Source of the DNA: Phototrophicaceae bacterium
Lineage (GTDB): Bacteria; Chloroflexota; Anaerolineae; Aggregatilineales; Phototrophicaceae
Direction of reading: 5' to 3'
Length of the DNA stretch: 64,000 nt
NCBI GenBank assembly: GCA_965223835.1
Contig: CBDCXQ010000001.1
Location: 606,845 to 670,844 of the forward strand
In this document: piece by piece, positions 53,922 to 63,648 of the stretch
Layout: every line of letters starts with the position of its first letter
Numbering within the stretch: the stretch's first letter is position 1
Position numbers and translations under genes: made by a program
Notes under the pieces: model-generated
Told to the model about the DNA's origin: nothing
What the model saw: the letters and a program-made list of their open reading frames with translations, nothing else
Database searches by the model: none

Positions 53922-55753
53922 CAACAGGGGGAAGTCGCTGGTTCTGGCTGCTGCCCGTGCTGCTATTGGCTACCGGATTGGCGGCACACAATCTGCAAAC
54001 CGATGCTTACAGCCCCGACGAAGCTGCTTCGATGATTGTTGCCGGGGGTGCGCATTATGGCCCGTTTACACTGGCACAGGCCTGGCAGCGAGTCGCCGAA
54101 CATTCGCCCGATCAAGCCGTGGGGTTGGCGCTGGTGTTGTCAAGCTGGGGGCGGCTGGTGGGCTGGAGCGAGTTGGCGACGCGCAGCCTCGCCTTGTTTG
54201 CCGGGCTTTTGACGATTGCGCTGGTGTATCGCATCGGCACTGATCTGTTCACCCCGTTCGCCGGGTTCAGCGCAGCGCTCGTGCTGGCGACCTCTACCTA
54301 TTTCTTGACCTACATGCATATCATCCGGGTGTTTACGCTGGCCGCCTTGATGGTTTCCCTGACGTTATGGTGTTATTGGCGGGTGATGCTGGCCGCCCGA
54401 CCGCCCGGTTGGTTGCCACAATTAGGTCTATTCGTGGGTGGGGTTGGCCTGTTTTATACGCACTATTTTGCGACGCTATTTGTTGGTGCACTCGGTATCT
54501 ATCACCTGCTGCTCGCGCCGCGGTCACGCTGGTGGTGGCGCACGATATGGCTTTTCCTGCTGGTGTTGATTCTCTTCCTGCCGGAACTGCGCATCTTTAT
54601 CAGCGGTTACGCGCGGAATCTCGACAATGTACAGGCCGCCGCGCTCGGTCCGGGTCAGACGGTGCAGCAGCTTGTTTATGTTTTTACGAATGACTTGCCG
54701 GTTCAAATACCCGCTGCTTCCGTCTGGCTAAGCATGCCGCTGGCCTTCGTTGTGATTTATCTGCGACGCCGCACACCCAATCTAAGTCTGTTAATGGTTT
54801 TGCTGCTGGTTTTGCTGGGGTTGATTATTGGTGCGAATCAAATCGTGCGGTTGGTGACGCCCGGGCGCATCCGGTATCTCATGCCGTTGTGGCCGCTGCT
54901 GGCGCTGTTGTTGGGCGTGGTCATCGGGTGGTTGGCGCGTCAACGGCGCTGGTTGGGCATGGGTTTCATAGGCGTGTGGCTGTTATTTGGGTTGTGGACT
55001 TACCTGACAACGCCCTTCGCCTATCAACTGGACGAATTTTCTCGTTACCCGTTGCATCACTTTCAGGTAGAGTGGCAGCAATTTGCCAGCCCAGACGATT
55101 TGCTGGTCATTCATGGTTTGGGTTATGGCAATGGCCGTCCGCGTGACTTGTATACTGGTGATGTACCCCAGCGTATCATCCTGCGTGAAGGCCATACCCT
55201 GGAGCACCTGACTGAAACCTTCAACGGGTTCCAGCGCATCTGGACTCTGGTGCAATCAAGGCCAGAACTGTTAACCCGTTCTGACTATCAGGCAGTGGCA
55301 ACTATCCTTGAACGCGACTTCGTTCACTGTTATCAACCCGTGAAGCAGAATCAATTGCAGGTTGATCTCTATGCACGCTTCGCTGCTTTTTGCCCGACTG
55401 AGAATGACTTATGGCAGTTTGGGACGCGTATCGCGATCACTGGTATGGAATCGTTGGTGGTTGACGACAACCGCTTGATGATCCGAATCGGTTGGTCGGT
55501 TGATCGTGATGTCCCCCAAGAATCATATTCCGTTGCCCTGCATTTGTACCAGGGGGCTGAATTTATATTGGCGGCTGACTATGGCTTGCCGTCCGCACCG
55601 TTTGGTGCCGCCGAGTCGCTGGTCGACATCAGCAGCCTGTCACCCGGTAGCTACGCTGTCAGGGTCGGCGTCTACGATTGGGCGACGCTCCAACATCAAT
55701 ACACCGATACGGGTAGTGCCTTCGTCGAATTAGCAACAATAACGCTCCCCTGA
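53918..55753 (+). CDS. GT-C fold membrane glycosyltransferase, paralog D (high GC)
   Basis: AYSPDEAASMIVAGG. The C-terminal domain has YSVALHLYQ and GSYAVRVGVYDWAT. ATGA overlap with paralog C. Confidence 0.6.
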   Translation: MTTGGSRWFWLLPVLLLATGLAAHNLQTDAYSPDEAASMIVAGGAHYGPFTLAQAWQRVAEHSPDQAVGLALVLSSWGRLVGWSELATRSLALFAGLLTIALVYRIGTDLFTPFAGFSAALVLATSTYFLTYMHIIRVFTLAALMVSLTLWCYWRVMLAARPPGWLPQLGLFVGGVGLFYTHYFATLFVGALGIYHLLLAPRSRWWWRTIWLFLLVLILFLPELRIFISGYARNLDNVQAAALGPGQTVQQLVYVFTNDLPVQIPAASVWLSMPLAFVVIYLRRRTPNLSLLMVLLLVLLGLIIGANQIVRLVTPGRIRYLMPLWPLLALLLGVVIGWLARQRRWLGMGFIGVWLLFGLWTYLTTPFAYQLDEFSRYPLHHFQVEWQQFASPDDLLVIHGLGYGNGRPRDLYTGDVPQRIILREGHTLEHLTETFNGFQRIWTLVQSRPELLTRSDYQAVATILERDFVHCYQPVKQNQLQVDLYARFAAFCPTENDLWQFGTRIAITGMESLVVDDNRLMIRIGWSVDRDVPQESYSVALHLYQGAEFILAADYGLPSAPFGAAESLVDISSLSPGSYAVRVGVYDWATLQHQYTDTGSAFVELATITLP

Positions 55754-55970
55754 TTGTTGCCAGCGCCAATGGCCCAGATGATGACTGTATTTTGTGCAGA
55801 CTATCTAATCATTCATGAACAAGCTGCCCAATTATGCTATGCTGATAAAAAATATAGGACAAATTGTGGGGGTGAGGCGGTTTATCCTTAGATTAAGCGT
55901 TAAAATGGCAATATCAATACCGTTCAACCGCGTAAGCAGAGCTTGATCGCAAGCGTAAGGGCAAAATCCA

Positions 55971-57011
55971 ATGACAAAGGCACGCATTCGACCTTCAGAT
56001 GACTTAAGTGAGGCGACCTTGCTGGAAATGTATTGGTCGATGCTGCTGAGCCGTCGCCTTGATGAACGGGCCTGGGTGTTGCACCGGCAAGGCAAAATCG
56101 TCTTTCACGTCAGTGCATTGGGCCATGAAGCGGCGCAGGTCGCAACCGCGTTTGCTCTAAATCGCGGTGTCGATTATGTGAACCCCTATTATCGTGATCT
56201 GGCAATGTGTCTGGCGCTGGGTTGTCCGCCCATTGATTTTATGATGAGCCTGTTTGCGAAAAAGGCGGATAAGTGGAGTGGCGCACGCCAGATGCCCAGC
56301 CATTTTAATGATGCCAACCTCAATATTATTAGTGGCTCATCAGTGGTCGCGACTCAAGTACCGCAGACGGTGGGTCTGGCATTCGCAATCAAATATCGTC
56401 AGCAAACCGGTGTGGTTGATCCCAACGATCAAACCCTACCCCGTGTTGCGCTGACGTCACTGGGCGAAGGCTCCACCAGCCAGGGTGAATGGCACGAAGC
56501 GATGAACTGGGCGGGGGTTCACAAGCTGCCGTTTATTTGTCTGGTTCAGAATAATAAATATGCGATTTCGGTGCCGGTTGAAAAGCAGATGGCGGTGCTG
56601 GATGTGGCTGATCGCGCGGCGGGTTATGGTGTAGCTGGTGTGGTGGTTGATGGCAATGATCTGCTCGCCGTTTATGATGTGATGAAAGCAGCGGTAGAAC
56701 GCGCCTACAATGGTGATGGTGCGACGCTGGTTGAGGCCAAAACCTACCGCCTGACGCCGCACTCATCCGACGATGATGACCGCAGTTATCGCAGCCGCGA
56801 AGAGGTGGAATTGTGGAAAACGCGCGATCCAATCGTACGTTTCCAGCAGCACTTGTTAGACACCGGGTTGCTGACCCCGGCAAAAGTGGATGAGTATGAA
56901 GCACAGGCAATGGCGGCGGTGAATGCGGCACACAAACAAGCCGAGGCAGCGCCAGATCCGGACCCGGCAGATGGCTTTGGAGCGGTATATGCCCCGGCGG
57001 AAGGTCAATAA
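55971..57011 (+). CDS. 2-oxoacid (branched-chain/pyruvate type) dehydrogenase E1 alpha subunit, TPP-dependent
   Basis: GEGSTSQGEWHEAMNWAGVHKLPFICLVQNNKYAIS TPP-binding block and YRLTPHSSDDDD. Confidence 0.85.
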   Translation: MTKARIRPSDDLSEATLLEMYWSMLLSRRLDERAWVLHRQGKIVFHVSALGHEAAQVATAFALNRGVDYVNPYYRDLAMCLALGCPPIDFMMSLFAKKADKWSGARQMPSHFNDANLNIISGSSVVATQVPQTVGLAFAIKYRQQTGVVDPNDQTLPRVALTSLGEGSTSQGEWHEAMNWAGVHKLPFICLVQNNKYAISVPVEKQMAVLDVADRAAGYGVAGVVVDGNDLLAVYDVMKAAVERAYNGDGATLVEAKTYRLTPHSSDDDDRSYRSREEVELWKTRDPIVRFQQHLLDTGLLTPAKVDEYEAQAMAAVNAAHKQAEAAPDPDPADGFGAVYAPAEGQ

Positions 57012-57014
57012 ATC

Positions 57015-58001
57015 ATGACCGAGATGACGTTGATTGACGCACTGCGGCTGGCAATGGCTGAAGAATTGGAACGTGACCCCCGCGTTTTTATCACCGGGGA
57101 AGATGTTGGTGTGCGCGGTGGGGTGTTCCGGGCGACCCAGGGCTTGATTGAGAAATACGGTGAACTGCGGGTGATTGACTCGCCGCTGGCTGAATTGTCG
57201 CTGGTCGCTACTGGAATCGGAGCGGCACTGGCTGATCTGCGTCCGATTTGCGAAATTCAATTTGCCGATTTTATTCATCCGGCTTTCAATCAGATCGTGA
57301 ATGAGGCGGCCCGGATGTATTATCGCTCGAATGGCGCGTGGCAGGTGCCGTTAACGATTCGCGCCCCTTATGGTGGTGGTGTTGGCGGTGCACTCTATCA
57401 CAGCCAGAGTGTGGAAGCATTCTTTGCCCATGTGCCGGGCTTGAAGGTTGTCATACCGTCAACGCCCTATGATGCAAAGGGATTACTCAAAAGTGCGGTG
57501 CGGGACCCCAACCCGGTGTTATTTTTTGAACCGAAAAAGGGCTATCGGTCAATCAAGGGCGAGGTAGCAGCCGACGATTACACGGTGCCATTAGGACCGG
57601 CCCGAATCGCACGTGAGGGCAATGATCTCAGCGTGTTCGCCTATGGCATGATGGCCCACTATACGGTGTTGGCGGCGGAGCAAGTTGCCAGAAGCGATGG
57701 TCTAGATGTCGAAGTGATTGACCTGCGTACCCTGTTGCCCGTGGATAAAGACGCGATTGTAAAGTCAGTGAAAAAAACCAGCAAAGCGCTGATCGTTTAC
57801 GAGGATAACCTGACGCTGGGTTATGGGGCGGAGGTTGCCGCCATCATTGCTGACGACTGTTTTGAGTATCTGGATGGTCCGGTGCGACGCCTGGCAGGAC
57901 CCGATGTTCCCGCGATGCCGTTCAGTCACACGATGCAGGAACATTTTATGCCCAACCCGGATAAAATCGCGGCTGCGATACGCGAAATTGCCGCTTACTA
58001 A
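57015..58001 (+). CDS. 2-oxoacid dehydrogenase E1 beta subunit
   Basis: VFITGEDVGVRGGVFRAT, IDSPLAE and PNPVLFFEPK. Confidence 0.9.
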   Translation: MTEMTLIDALRLAMAEELERDPRVFITGEDVGVRGGVFRATQGLIEKYGELRVIDSPLAELSLVATGIGAALADLRPICEIQFADFIHPAFNQIVNEAARMYYRSNGAWQVPLTIRAPYGGGVGGALYHSQSVEAFFAHVPGLKVVIPSTPYDAKGLLKSAVRDPNPVLFFEPKKGYRSIKGEVAADDYTVPLGPARIAREGNDLSVFAYGMMAHYTVLAAEQVARSDGLDVEVIDLRTLLPVDKDAIVKSVKKTSKALIVYEDNLTLGYGAEVAAIIADDCFEYLDGPVRRLAGPDVPAMPFSHTMQEHFMPNPDKIAAAIREIAAY

Positions 58002-58014
58002 AGGAGGCCGCGTT

Positions 58015-59277
58015 TTGAAAACTCGAGTCATCATGCCGCAATTGGGCGAAAGCGTTGTCGAAGGGACGGTCAGTCGCTGGCTCAAACAGCCGGGCGATCC
58101 GGTGGCTGAGTATGAAGCGCTGGTCGAGGTGAGCACGGATAAGGTTGATACCGAGATTCCGTCTCCGGCTGCGGGTGTGATCCTGGAAATTTTGGTTGAA
58201 GCCGGACAGGTCGTTGCTGTCGGGACGCTACTGGCGGTGATCGGTGAAACCGGCGATGATGATGGGCCAGATCAACCAATGACACACATCAACGGGAAAG
58301 AGCATAAAGGGGTGAGCACTAGCGGACATGTCACCCCGGTCGTGGCGCGGATGGTGGCGGAACATAATCTTGATCTAGGCCAAATTACAGGAACCGGGCG
58401 GGCCGGACGTGTCACCAAAAAAGATGTCCTCGCCTATCTAACGACGCTCGAAACGGACGCCGATGTGCCGGCGTGGGAACAGCCGGTCGAGGACGTTGAC
58501 CTGTTTAATCCAACGGTTGTGTACGGTGCGGAACCCGACGCTATACCGACCAAAGTTCCATCGCAAACAGCATCTGAAATCTCATTACCAGCCGATACCC
58601 CCGGCGAATTGATTGAGCATAGCGCTATGCGGCGACGTATTGCCAAGCACATGGTACAGAGCAAATTGCAGACTGCACCGCATGTCACCACCGTGTTTGA
58701 GTTTGATATGCACGCGGTTATGCAGCACCGGGCGGCTCATCATGACGCGTATGCCAAACAGGGCGTGAACCTGACGCTGACCGCCTATTTCGTGCAGGCG
58801 ACGGTGGCGGCGTTACAAGCGCACCCACGCTTGAACAGCCAGTGGACAGACGAGGGTCTATTGCTGCATCAGGCACAACACATCGGTGTCGCGGTTGCGT
58901 TGGACGATGGCTTGATTGTGCCGGTGATTCGCAACGCGCAAGATTTGAACCTGCTGGGTTTGGCACGGACAGTCAACGATGTTGCCCGGCGCGCGCGGGC
59001 GGGACAGTTGCAACTACATGAGATGCAAGGCGGCACGTTTACGATCAGTAATCACGGTGTCAGCGGCAGTTTATTGGCTACGCCGATTATCCATCAACCC
59101 CAGGCCGCGATTCTCGGTGTGGGTAAAGTCGACCAGCGGGTCAAAGTCATTGACGATGCCATTGCCATTCGTCCCCAGTGTTATGTCTCGTTGACCTTTG
59201 ATCATCGGGCGCTGGATGGTGCGCAAGCTGATGCGTTTATGCGCGCGCTGCAATCCGCGCTTGAAAATTGGGCTTAG
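58015..59277 (+). CDS. Dihydrolipoamide acyltransferase E2 component
   Basis: Lipoyl motif VEVSTDKVDTEIPSP, peripheral subunit-binding domain PVVARMVAEHNLDL and catalytic SLTFDHRALDGAQAD. TTG 58015 lies 7 nt after AAGGAGG; the track start at 57823 overlaps E1 beta. Confidence 0.9.
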   Translation: MKTRVIMPQLGESVVEGTVSRWLKQPGDPVAEYEALVEVSTDKVDTEIPSPAAGVILEILVEAGQVVAVGTLLAVIGETGDDDGPDQPMTHINGKEHKGVSTSGHVTPVVARMVAEHNLDLGQITGTGRAGRVTKKDVLAYLTTLETDADVPAWEQPVEDVDLFNPTVVYGAEPDAIPTKVPSQTASEISLPADTPGELIEHSAMRRRIAKHMVQSKLQTAPHVTTVFEFDMHAVMQHRAAHHDAYAKQGVNLTLTAYFVQATVAALQAHPRLNSQWTDEGLLLHQAQHIGVAVALDDGLIVPVIRNAQDLNLLGLARTVNDVARRARAGQLQLHEMQGGTFTISNHGVSGSLLATPIIHQPQAAILGVGKVDQRVKVIDDAIAIRPQCYVSLTFDHRALDGAQADAFMRALQSALENWA

Positions 59278-59372
59278 CTTCCAGCAATTTTTGGCTTTGC
59301 TGCGCCCTTGTGTGGCCCCCGCCCTCTGGGTATGATGACCCTCTATTGATTGTAAGCAGGGAATAATCGTAT

Positions 59373-60110
59373 ATGTCTGACCAACCTGAATTCTACACGC
59401 CAGAACGGGTCCTGGTGATCTGTGCGCATGCCGATGATATTGAATTTGGCCTGTCCGGGTCGGTCGCGCTCTGGACTGCTGGTGGAGCGGAGGTCACATA
59501 TTGTGTCGTGACTGACAATTCGTCGGGTAGCAATGAACCGGGGATGGATCGTGAGACGTTAATCCAGACCCGCATTGAAGAACAGATCGCCTCGGCCAAA
59601 GTGGTTGGGGTGGAGGATGTGCGGTTTTTGGGGTATCAGGATGGGATTTTGCAGCCGACGCTGGAACTGCGCCGTGAGTTGACACGCTTGATTCGCGCTA
59701 TTCGTCCGCAGATTGTCGTCACATCGGATCCCACGATGGTGATTTCACCCAGCAACAATTATATCAATCATCCTGACCACCGGGCCGCAGCCGAGGCGGC
59801 GCTGTACGCGACGTTTCCCAGTGCCGAAACGCGCCCCATCTTCCCGGAATTGCTGGATGAAGGCTTAGAACCGCACAAAGTCAATTATGTTTATATGAAC
59901 TTTGGGATGAACGCCAATCTCGTAGTGGACATCACTGAGACGATGGCGCAGAAAGAAGCGGCGCTGCTATGCCACAAATCGCAATTGGATGAATCGGCAA
60001 TTAAATTTGTGCGCGAGTACAGCGAGATGATCGGCAAGGAACAAGGGTATCAGTATGCCGAAGCCTTCCGGGTTTTGACGCTCAATGCGGTAAATGGTCA
60101 GGAAAATTAG
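59373..60110 (+). CDS. PIG-L/LmbE-family deacetylase
   Basis: VLVICAHADDIEFGLSG and INHPDHRAA zinc-ligand motifs. Confidence 0.85.
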   Translation: MSDQPEFYTPERVLVICAHADDIEFGLSGSVALWTAGGAEVTYCVVTDNSSGSNEPGMDRETLIQTRIEEQIASAKVVGVEDVRFLGYQDGILQPTLELRRELTRLIRAIRPQIVVTSDPTMVISPSNNYINHPDHRAAAEAALYATFPSAETRPIFPELLDEGLEPHKVNYVYMNFGMNANLVVDITETMAQKEAALLCHKSQLDESAIKFVREYSEMIGKEQGYQYAEAFRVLTLNAVNGQEN

Positions 60111-60233
60111 GGGCAATGGGTTCGCAGCGCGCGTAACCTTTGGCGCGATTACACGGTCTTCAAAGCAGGTATCTTTTGTGTTGGCGGGTATAAACCCGGC
60201 TACAATAAACCTAACTCATGTTGAAGGACCGTT

Positions 60234-60995
60234 ATGAAATTAATCAGGATTGTTATCCTTATTGCTTTGCTGACTGCAGCCTGCCAGCCCGATGCGACGT
60301 CGCAGGAATTGCCAACGCTGGCGGTGCTGCCGTCGTTGACGCCCTCAAGCGAGCCAGATGCCCCCACGGCAGAGCCAACCATCGCGCCGCCCACCAACAC
60401 GGTTATTGTGCCGTCCGCCACCGTGACGATTTTGCGGCCAACGGATGTTCCGCAGCCGACTGTGACGCCGCGCCGCACCGCCACGATAGACCCGACCCAG
60501 GCGGCTGCGGTGGCGCTCACGGCTGCGGTTGATCAAGCGCCACGCATCATTACGCTGACGCCGAATCCTGCTGGCAATGAAGGGCCACCCCAGGTGCTGG
60601 CCGATGTCGTCATTACCGAGAGTCAATTTCAGTCTCAGGTTAACGCCGCGATTGCCGACATATCCAGCATCGAACAGGCCTTCGTCGATTTTCAACCGGA
60701 TGGCATCTACGTGGATTTGACGGCGCTGGGTGGTCAGGCTTATATTGCCGGTCGGGTCCAGCTTGACTTGGAACTCGCCGGGGGCTTCGTGGCGATCACA
60801 GTTGGCGAAATTGAAACCAATGCGGCGGAAGTTCCCGAAGGCTATCTGCTGGTTGTGAATGGTGAATTCTTTGCCATGATGATTGATGTACTCGACACGA
60901 TTTTGAACGAGCGCGTTGGCGAGGAAAATGATCTGGAAAACCTTATTCTCACTGATGCGGCGCTGGAAGTCTTCCTGCTCATTCCTGAACAGTAG
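60234..60995 (+). CDS. Lipoprotein, hypothetical
   Basis: Lipobox LIALLTAAC, a Pro/Thr-rich linker and an unrecognised C-terminal domain. Confidence 0.55.
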   Translation: MKLIRIVILIALLTAACQPDATSQELPTLAVLPSLTPSSEPDAPTAEPTIAPPTNTVIVPSATVTILRPTDVPQPTVTPRRTATIDPTQAAAVALTAAVDQAPRIITLTPNPAGNEGPPQVLADVVITESQFQSQVNAAIADISSIEQAFVDFQPDGIYVDLTALGGQAYIAGRVQLDLELAGGFVAITVGEIETNAAEVPEGYLLVVNGEFFAMMIDVLDTILNERVGEENDLENLILTDAALEVFLLIPEQ

Positions 60996-61066
60996 CTTAA
61001 ACGCCTGCAGTCAATTTGGGATATGCGCTATCATTGATGGGTGTGACTGTGAGCAAGTGATGATCT

Positions 61067-63628
61067 ATGACCACCAATGATGTGTTTATCTCATACCGGC
61101 GCAAGGATGCGGCTTTTGTCAAACAACTGGCGGCGGCATTCACGACTCAAGGGCACGATGTGTGGGTGGATTGGGAAGATATTCCGCCCGGTGTGAGTGA
61201 TTTCACACGTGAGATTGGCCTGGGCATTGAAGGTGCCAATACGTTTATTGCGGTCCTGAGTCCCGATTTTTTGGAATCCGAATATTGCCTGAATGAATTG
61301 CAATATGCGACCGATCTCAACAAGCGCATCATCCCCATTGTCCATCGTCCGGTCGATGATCGGTCTATTCCCGAAGCCGTTCGAACCATAAACTGGGTCT
61401 ATTTTATCCCCCATGCTGGTCAGTCCAACGAGTTTCCAACGGCATTCAAGGCGCTGCAACAGGCCATCAACACTGATTATGATTACCTGCGCGAACATAC
61501 CCGGTTGCTGACCCGTGCCCGCAATTGGGCGACGGCAGACCGTGATGCCAGCTTCCTGATTTCCGGTGCGGAATTATCTGCTGCTGAAAACTGGTTAGTC
61601 GGCGCCGCCCAGCATACACCACCACCGGCTACTATTCATTCGGAATTTATCCTGCAAAGTCGCCAAGCTCAGACGCGGCGGCAACGGCGGTTGCTCAGTG
61701 GGGCTGTAGTATTACTGTTACTGGCGCTGGTGGGGCTGGTGGTGGCGGTGTTAGGTGGTCTGGAAGCCCGGCGACAGCAGATCATTGCCGAACGCCGTGC
61801 CGACGAGTTGTTGAGTCTGGCGGCGGCCAGTGCGGCTGAAGAAGCCGTTGCGGCGGGTGAACGTTTTACCGGTTTACGACTGGCCCACTTTGCTGGCACA
61901 TTTATCGAGCAGCCACCGGCACAGGTGCAACAGACGCTGCAACAGATCGCCTACCAGCCCGGCGCGCGCTACGCATTTTTCGATGATGTCCCGGCAGATC
62001 ACAGCCTGTATGCCGGTTTGCAACCGGGCGACACCGTGCGCAGTTCAGACCAGAGTGGCACCTATCTGGTCGCAGACGATGATGACCTGCTCACCGTGCG
62101 TAATGCCGACGATCAAATTTTGCTGCGCTTACACAAGCTCTATCGACCGGTTGGCTTTCCATTGCGCGAGTATGATCCGGCCATCCACCCAGCAGTGCTT
62201 GAACGTTATGCCGACAGTGCGCCGCCGCTGGCCCTCAGCCCCGATCAAGCATTTGTCGCCGTGGGTGGGGAAAGCGTATTTCGCATCGTCAGCAATGACG
62301 AATCGGCTGGCGAACTTCAGATACTGGACGGGCACACTTTGCCAGTCGATGGCGTCCGTTACAGCGCGGATGGTCGCTATCTGGTTTCACGGGCTTCGGC
62401 GGATACGCTGATTAACGAATCGCGGATCGATAAGGAATTCTTTGTCTGGGACATGAGCACGGGGCAGGCTATTTTTCAGTTGGATAAATTCCAGCGTAGT
62501 CGTGACCTGTTTGCCATTGCTGAGGATGGGGTTCATCTGCTGTTTATCGAGGATTCGCCACCCGGTTACACCCTCTGGGATGTCCGAGATAGCCGTTTGC
62601 TGGTGAATTTCGCCGGGAGCTTTGGCCCGGTGATGGAGGTATCGTTTACCCCCGATGGTGACCATCTCATCGCGGCATCGGTCGCGACGCTACGGATGCG
62701 TCCGCCGCGCGAGTATAAAGTCTATGATCTGGCGGGCAATCTGATTAATCAATTTGGCGGGATTGAGAGCAATCATATCATTGATGCGCCGCTGCTCTTC
62801 AGCCCTGATGGTACCGCCGCGTACATTATCGACAACGATGGGCGAATCATTGAAACGGATGTCCTGACCGGTGCCGAGACCGTCATTGGCAGTTTGCCGA
62901 ATACCAACGTCGAAGGCAAAAGCGCCAATGGTCAGTTTGTCGCGATTCGCGATTATGAAAACGATGGGATGATTATCTGGGATCTGCAAACGGGTGAAGC
63001 ACTAACGAATTTCAGCGCTGCCGATATTGGTTTTACGTCGCTCATTAGCAATGATGGGCGCTTCGTTGCGTCCAGTATCTTCAATGACAACGGCCTGGCA
63101 GAACTGGTCGTGTATGATTTGGCCGTGGGGGCAGCAGCAACCTGGTTTGAAGACTATGCTGGTGAGTCCGGTTTTGTTGGGGCCATCGCCTTTGCCTTCA
63201 GCCCGGATTCCGAGCAACTGCTATATGTGGATAATCAGAGTAATGTGCGTGTAGTGCAAACGGGAACCTGGGAAATACAAACGCTGATGCGTGGGGTGCC
63301 GGGTCGCGTGTCAGATTTGAAGATGAGCACGGACCAACGATTAATCGCCGTTGCTGGTGAAGCCGGTACCGTTGTTGTTTGGGATGCCGACACCGGCAGC
63401 TTATTGCAGCGCCTCGAAGGGGCGGGGGCCGTTTCCAAGCTGAGTATTGCGCCTGATGGAACGACGTTGTTGACGGGTGATGAGCGTGGTCAAATACGTC
63501 TGTGGCGGTTGTCAGGGACCGGCGATGTACTCACTTGGTTGGCGGACAATCGGGCGTTGATGCCCATTACCTGCGACGATTTACTCCAGGCAATTGTGAT
63601 CGTGTCACTGGCAACCTGCCCACTGTGA
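61067..63628 (+). CDS. TIR domain / single TM helix / degenerate WD40-like beta-propeller protein (paralog of 4499-7471)
   Basis: MTTNDVFISYRRKDAAFVKQL...ANTFIAVLSPDFLESEYCLNELQYATDLNKRIIPI. The shared linker is HTRLLTRARNWA..FLISGAELSAAENWL. The TM segment is LLSGAVVLLLLALVGLVVAVLGGL. Repeats end in FVWD, TLWD, IIWD, VVWD and IRLWR, and the tail carries a Cys pair. Confidence 0.85.
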   Translation: MTTNDVFISYRRKDAAFVKQLAAAFTTQGHDVWVDWEDIPPGVSDFTREIGLGIEGANTFIAVLSPDFLESEYCLNELQYATDLNKRIIPIVHRPVDDRSIPEAVRTINWVYFIPHAGQSNEFPTAFKALQQAINTDYDYLREHTRLLTRARNWATADRDASFLISGAELSAAENWLVGAAQHTPPPATIHSEFILQSRQAQTRRQRRLLSGAVVLLLLALVGLVVAVLGGLEARRQQIIAERRADELLSLAAASAAEEAVAAGERFTGLRLAHFAGTFIEQPPAQVQQTLQQIAYQPGARYAFFDDVPADHSLYAGLQPGDTVRSSDQSGTYLVADDDDLLTVRNADDQILLRLHKLYRPVGFPLREYDPAIHPAVLERYADSAPPLALSPDQAFVAVGGESVFRIVSNDESAGELQILDGHTLPVDGVRYSADGRYLVSRASADTLINESRIDKEFFVWDMSTGQAIFQLDKFQRSRDLFAIAEDGVHLLFIEDSPPGYTLWDVRDSRLLVNFAGSFGPVMEVSFTPDGDHLIAASVATLRMRPPREYKVYDLAGNLINQFGGIESNHIIDAPLLFSPDGTAAYIIDNDGRIIETDVLTGAETVIGSLPNTNVEGKSANGQFVAIRDYENDGMIIWDLQTGEALTNFSAADIGFTSLISNDGRFVASSIFNDNGLAELVVYDLAVGAAATWFEDYAGESGFVGAIAFAFSPDSEQLLYVDNQSNVRVVQTGTWEIQTLMRGVPGRVSDLKMSTDQRLIAVAGEAGTVVVWDADTGSLLQRLEGAGAVSKLSIAPDGTTLLTGDERGQIRLWRLSGTGDVLTWLADNRALMPITCDDLLQAIVIVSLATCPL

Positions 63629-63648
63629 GAAACCCGTTTTGGCACTGC

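Noticed and set aside
57823-58014. Apparent 180-nt overlap of E2 with E1 beta; similar track extensions at 4463, 30334-31569, 2930-3556, 17221-17895 and 18940-20442
   Set aside because: The ORF-track starts are the longest possible. Internal starts with good RBS or stop/start coupling remove the overlaps.
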